From Macrostomum lignano (lineage: Eukaryota): DNA of 64,000 nt. How positions within the stretch are numbered: position 1 is the first letter of the stretch; the number at the start of each line of letters is the position of its first letter. Of the stretch, positions 58,728-64,000 are shown in pieces. The notes below the pieces were generated by a model. It ran no database searches. It was not told the DNA's origin and worked only from the letters and a program-made list of their open reading frames with translations. A program made the position numbers and the translations under genes. The stretch covers positions 1 through 64,000 of the forward strand of contig NIVC01003237.1 of assembly GCA_002269645.1 (NCBI GenBank), read 5' to 3'.

Positions 58728-61700
58728 ATGATCAGCCAGGCCGAAGCGATGCGGCGCCAGCTGCCGGGCTTCCCCCTTCGATTTCTCGTCCTCGTCGTCT
58801 CGCTGACCGCCGAGGCGGCGCAGCCTCAATTCGAGCTCCATCCGGTGGACACAGCCGCCCAGTCGGGCGCTCCGCTGCGCCTCACCTGCAGAGTCGGCCG
58901 AGACGAGAGCGGACGATGGCCGGTGATCGTCTGGCACAACGCTAGCAGCGAACTGCCGGTTCCTGGCGGCATTGGGCCGACTCTCGAGTTCTCCGAGTTC
59001 GACGCCAGCAAAGTCGGCCAGTACTATTGCAATGCCAGCTCGGTTGGCGATGAAGGATCAGCGGCCAGTGGAGGAGGCTGGACGGCCAGCCGGACAGCCT
59101 GGGCCCGCCTGGCCAGCCTTGGCCGGAAATTCGCAGCCGACCCGACCAGCCAGACGGTGGCCAGCGGGCAGGTGGCCGAGCTCTCCTGCCGGCCGCCCGC
59201 AGACGCCTTTCCGCCGCCGCGGATCGTCTGGCATCGGAACGGCCGGCCGCTGAGCATTGGCGTCGGACTGTCCGACTACGGCAACCAACGGGAAGCCGGC
59301 CGGTTCCGCGTCCTCCCAGAAATCGTCGGCGGCGGCGTCCGGCTTCGCATTGTTGACGCGCGCCCGTCAGACTCCGGCGAGTTCGCCTGTGTGGCGACCA
59401 ACGAGGCCGGGGCGCTGCACTCGGCCTCGGCACTGCTCACCGTCGTCCGCAGTACGCAGCGATCCGACGTCCGACAGCCGGTGGTGATCAGTTCAGCCCC
59501 GGACGATCTGTTCGTCCCACTCGGCGATCCGGCCAGCTTCAACTGCCTGGCCGACGGCAAGCCGGTGCCTGTGATTTCTTGGCGACGCGACGACAGAGTT
59601 GCTATGGACGCGAAACGGATTATTGACCATGGCAACGGCACGTTGAGCTTTGTTGGAGTGGCCTTCGAGGACGCCGGCAGGTGAGGATGCGGTTCATGTC
59701 GAAAATCGAATAAGACATAGTTACTGAGTAAAATTTGTTTAACTGATGGAAATCGAATTCAGCATTCGAGCGCAACAAGCATTTGGGTCTTTGGGGTTTC
59801 TAACGTCGCCCCTAATGACACTAATAGCCCACTGATAGAGTCTCCAATGCTGCCTTAATAGCATTCCATTAGCGCACCTTAGGAGACACGCCTTGGTCCA
59901 TTAGGTGACACAGCATTAGGCCCTGCTCTTCATCGTGGTTTGTGGACTCTTACTTGCTTCGCAGATGCTTGAGAGCTCGACGTGTCAGACTGGCGATAAG
60001 GCCTTCAAGACAGAAGTGCTAATAGTACCCCTAAGTGCTCCTAATAGTGTTCCTAATGGTGCTAATGATCACGTGCCCCTAAGTGCTCTAATAGTGCCCC
60101 TAATAATGCCCCTAATAATGCCCCTAAGTGCTCCTGATAGTGCCCCTAATAGAGCCCCTAATAGTGCCCCTAATAGTGCCCCTAATAGTGCCCCTAATTG
60201 TGCCCCTAATAGTTTCCGTAATAGTGTCCCTAAGTGCCCCTAATAGTTCCCGTAATAGTGTCCTTAAGTGCCCCTAATAGTTCCCGTAATAGTGTCCCTA
60301 AGTGCTTCTAATAGTTCCCGTAATAGTGTCCCTAAGTGCTTCTAATAGTTCCCGTAATAGTGTCCCTAAGTTCTCCTAATAGTTCCCGTAATAGTGTCCC
60401 TAAGTTCTCCTAATAGTTCCCGTAATAGTGTCCCTAAGTGCCCCTAATAGTGCCCCTAATAGTGCCGCTAATAGTGCCCCTAATAGCGCTCCAAATAGAG
60501 CCCCTAAGTGCCTCTAATAGTGCTCCTAATAGTTCCCGCAATAGTGCCCCTAATAGTGCCACTAAGGGAACTTTTGTCCTCATATCAAGAAATGGAAATA
60601 TTTTCTAAAGTTCAAATTTACCTGAAACTCACACAGGTACATCTGCGAAGCGCTGAGCCCGGCCGGCCGGGACTCCGCCTCGGCCACTCTGTCTGTGCAA
60701 ACTCGACCGGAGATCCTGACCGCTCCCGTTGATCTGGCCGTCCCGCTGGGCGGACGAGCCGTATTCAACTGTCGAACTGGCGGCAGGCCGCGGCCGGCCG
60801 TGTACTGGTCCAAGGACTACGGGCACTTCTTGTTCTCCGACGCTGCTGCCGGCGGCGATGCCGACATGACCGTCGGGACTGACGGCAGTCTGACAGTGGA
60901 GTCCGTGAAGCTGCGACACCAGGGTCGCTACCAGTGCCACGCCACCAGCCAGCTCGGCACCGTGGTCGCCTCCGCCCGGCTCAGCGTGCTGCCCGAGCTG
61001 GCGACTCTGGTCCAGGGACCGCAGAGCCAGACTAAAATGCGCGGCCAATCTCTGCAACTGCCCTGTCGTCTGTCCGGCAAATTTCCGGCCAACCGGCTTC
61101 GAGTCGTCTGGCTGAAGGACGGCCAGCCGCTTGTGTCGCTCAGCGGTCGGCAGCACATCGGACTGGACGGCTCGCTGCGCGTGTTCGAGCTCCGAGCCGC
61201 GGACAGCGGCAACTACACCTGCCTGGCCGAGCTGTACGGCCGCCGAGTTGCCCGCTGGCCTCTGCCGGCCCGGGTTCGGGTCGTCAATGTTGGCGCCGAG
61301 TTGCCAATTCTCTCGCAGTCGCCGCCGCCGGTGTCAATCAACGTAATCGACCGTGGCGCCGGCTGGGTGCTGTTGAATATTGTCGGCGGAGGTGGCAGCG
61401 GCTGCAGGCATCTGGCCGAGTGGGACTGCGGCAGCGGCTGGACAACAAATTTTGTCTGGGATCGACTGGCGGAGTCGTCGCTGGTTCGAGTCGACACCGG
61501 AGCAGGCGGGATCGGCCTGACAGCTCCGGCTGGGTGTCGCTTTCTGGCCCGCAGCGTCTGCCCGGCGTCCGAAGGAGGCTTCGTCGGCACGGTTTCGCCT
61601 CCGTCGCCAGTGTCGCCGACTGTTCGGCTGGAGCCACCGACGTTGTCACCTTCCGCTGCGGCGGACCACGCAGCCGCGAGAATCCGGGATCTGAGAGCTG

Positions 61701-63720
61701 AGGTGAGCTTTTCTGGCTATTAAAGCTCTCTTTACTGCAGATATAATCTCCAGTGACATTTTTTAATAAAACAATCGTTAGAGCACTCGTTAGAGCACTC
61801 GTTAGAGCACTCGTTAGAGCACTCGTTAGAGCACTCGTTAGAGCACTCGTTAGAGCACTCGTTAGAGCACTCGTTAGAGCACTCGTTAGAGCACTCGTTA
61901 GAGCACTCGTTAGAGCACTCGTTAGAGCACTCGTTAGAGCACTCGTTAGAGCACTCGTTAAGCACTCGTTAGAGCACTCGTTAGAGCACTCGTTAGAGCA
62001 CTCGTTAGAGCACTCGTTAGAGCACTCGTTAGAGCACTCGTTAGAGCACTCGTTAGAGCACTCGTTAGAGCACTCGTTAGAGCACTCGTTAGAGCACTCG
62101 TTAGAGCACTCGTTAGAGCACTCGTTAGAGCACTCGTTAGAGCACTCGTTAGAGCACTCGTTAGAGCACTCGTTAGAGCACTCGTTAGAGCACTCGTTAG
62201 AGCACTCGTTAGAGCACTCGTTAGAGCACTCGTTAGAGCACTCGTTAGAGCACTCGTTAGAGCACTCGTTAGAGCACTCGTTAGAGCACTCGTTAGAGCA
62301 CTCGTTAGAGCACTCGTTAGAGCACTCGTTAGAGCACTCGTTAGAGCACTCGTTAGAGCACTCGTTAGAGCACTCGTTAGAGCACTCGTTAGAGCACTCG
62401 TTAGAGCACTCGCGCGTCACCAATGAGCTACCATAACCTGAACCCTAACCGCCGCACCCAGGCCCTGGACCACGAGACCATCCGCGTTCGTTGGCGCCTG
62501 TTCCAGCCGGCGCCCTCCCGCCTTCGCTATCGCGCGGCGGGTAGGCAAGTCCGCCTGGCCGACTGCCTGACTTCGTCCTCCGCCAGGATGATCGAAAGAA
62601 CAGCAGCGCCCATGCAGTTCCGGTCGGCAGCCTCAAAAGCGGAGTTGTGCTCACTAGCCGAGCCCGAAGCTCTTGCTGAACTTCTGCGGGACTATTCAGC
62701 ACCGGAGACGCTGGGCCTCCGTGTCGACGGCGATGCACAAACTGCCTTCGCCGACGTTGGCGCCGGTGAGACCGAAGCCTCGCTGCTGCTCAGCGGCCTC
62801 TCCGCTTTCTCCTGCTACCGCGTCTCTCTGGCGCCGATGATCGGGTTCGACAACGACGACCTGGGTAAGGGCTTCGGCAGCCGGCTGGTGCTCACCGGAG
62901 ACGCCACGCCCAGCCAGGCACCCGCCGCAGTCTCAGCCCGTTGGCATGGTAACGGCAGCCTGCTGGTCTCCTGGCTGCCCCCACCGCTGTCAGGCCGCCG
63001 CGGCGCGATCATCGGTTTCCAGCTGAGCCTTCGGGATCTTCGCCGGCGCAAGCCAAGCGGCGTCCTCCGCTCGATCAGCGTTGACGGAGCCAGCGCCCGC
63101 TCCGTGCTGCTCGCCAATCCGCTGCCAATGTCCGCCTCCTCCGCCTCGCTCGGCGTTCGCGTGGCGGCCCGAAATTGCCACGGCGTCGGGCCGGAGTCCC
63201 CTGAGCTGCCAGCGCCGTCAGCGGGAGACGCTGCCGACGACGATAAGGCGGCTCTGTCGCTGCTGCCGAGGGCCTCCTGGCTGATTGTCGCCCTCGCCGC
63301 TGGTGGCGTCGTCTGGCTCGGCCTCGCTGTCATTGTCGCGTGCGCACTGCGCCGAGCATGGCGCATCAGGAAGAGGCGGCGCCAACCGCCGCCGCCGCCG
63401 CATCCAGACGGCAAGCAGTTGCCGCCGCTGCCTCTTCAACCGCCGCCGCCGCCGCCGCCGCCGCCGCCTCCTCCTTGTTCAACGGCCGGAGCTGTCTGTC
63501 GAGCTCCACCTGACCTTCTCGTTGTCGGGACGTCTTCCGCAATCGTTCCAGCCGCCACGGCATCTGGCGCTTCGTTGTCGGCCTCTCCGTACGCATCGGC
63601 CAGCGTTGTGCACAGCTTCATCCGGGAGTCTGCACTGGAAGGGGAGTGCTCTTCCGCTGCACCTCATTTGCTTTCTCATCGCACCTATCGACCTGAGCAT
63701 CTTCACTTTCAGCAGGCCAG
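58728..63720 (+). CDS. robo: Roundabout (Robo) axon-guidance receptor, 3'-partial
   Basis: join(58728 or 58749..59680,60637..61702,62462..63720,>window), phases 2,0,2, GT-AG. Signal peptide (MRRQLPGFPLRFLVLVVSLTAEA), five Ig domains (Y-x-C motifs YYC, FAC, YIC, YQC, YTC), three FN3-like domains, TM (WLIVALAAGGVVWLGLAVIVACAL), basic stop-transfer, poly-Pro and CC1-like SPYASASVV. A C-rich acceptor at 58734-58735 favours ATG 58749. Confidence 0.9.
60025..60565. repeat. 12-bp (GTGCCCCTAATA) minisatellite with 34-bp composite units, Robo intron 1
   Basis: Direct reading. Confidence 0.9.
61776..62412. repeat. 12-bp (CGTTAGAGCACT) x ~53 minisatellite, Robo intron 2
   Basis: Direct reading; one unit lacks a base near 61960. 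Confidence 0.97.
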
Positions 63721-63753
63721 GTGAGTATAAGATTTTGTTTGCTTTCAGGGTGA

Positions 63754-63990
63754 ACAGTGGCCCAGACTTTCTCATCGTCAGGCATGTGGGTATACAGTGG
63801 CCCAGACTTTCTCATTGTCAGGCATGTGGGTATACAGTGGCCCAGACTTTCTCATCGTCAGGCATGTGGGTATACAGTGGCCCAGACTTTCTCATTGTCA
63901 GGCATGTGGGTATACAGTGGCCCAGACTTTCTCATCGTCAGGCATGTGGGTATACAGTGGCCCAGACTTTCTCATTGTCAGGCATGTACT
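63754..63990. repeat. 40-bp minisatellite with strict C/T alternation (80-bp dimer), Robo intron 3
   Basis: CAGTGGCCCAGACTTTCTCAT[C/T]GTCAGGCATGTGGGTATA; variants run C,T,C,T,C,T. Confidence 0.93.
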
Positions 63991-64000
63991 CAGGCAGGGT

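Noticed and set aside
61338-62436. ECSN / VRAL-EHSL repeat ORFs
   Set aside because: Translation of the 12-bp array in Robo intron 2.

Overview
Eukaryotic (metazoan, probably flatworm such as Macrostomum; this is inference from GC-rich exons, C-rich short 3' splice sites and minisatellite-filled introns) genomic window with five intron/exon genes that I reconstructed by hand: Mediator subunit MED13 (+, 5'-partial, 7 exons, two 1-nt frameshifts), a small MARCH-type RING-CH E3 ligase (+, 3 exons, largely missed by the ORF track), a five-finger C2H2 protein with two CtBP-binding PxDLS-type motifs (+, 4 exons), the m6A reader YTHDF (-, one long exon) and a Roundabout receptor (+, 3'-partial). About 20 different tandem arrays, most inside introns, explain nearly all other long ORFs. 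Also present are two tRNA-head SINE families and several MITEs. The most unusual signals are (i) an intact hAT-type MITE (14-bp TIRs, 8-bp TSD) carrying a 64-bp copy of the 28S rRNA R2/homing-endonuclease target region, altered mainly at the cut site, and (ii) an array downstream of MED13 made of ten head-to-tail 30-nt units that each read as a complete mini-intron (GTRAG...CTAAT...CAG). No CRISPR array, tRNA gene or full rRNA gene was found.
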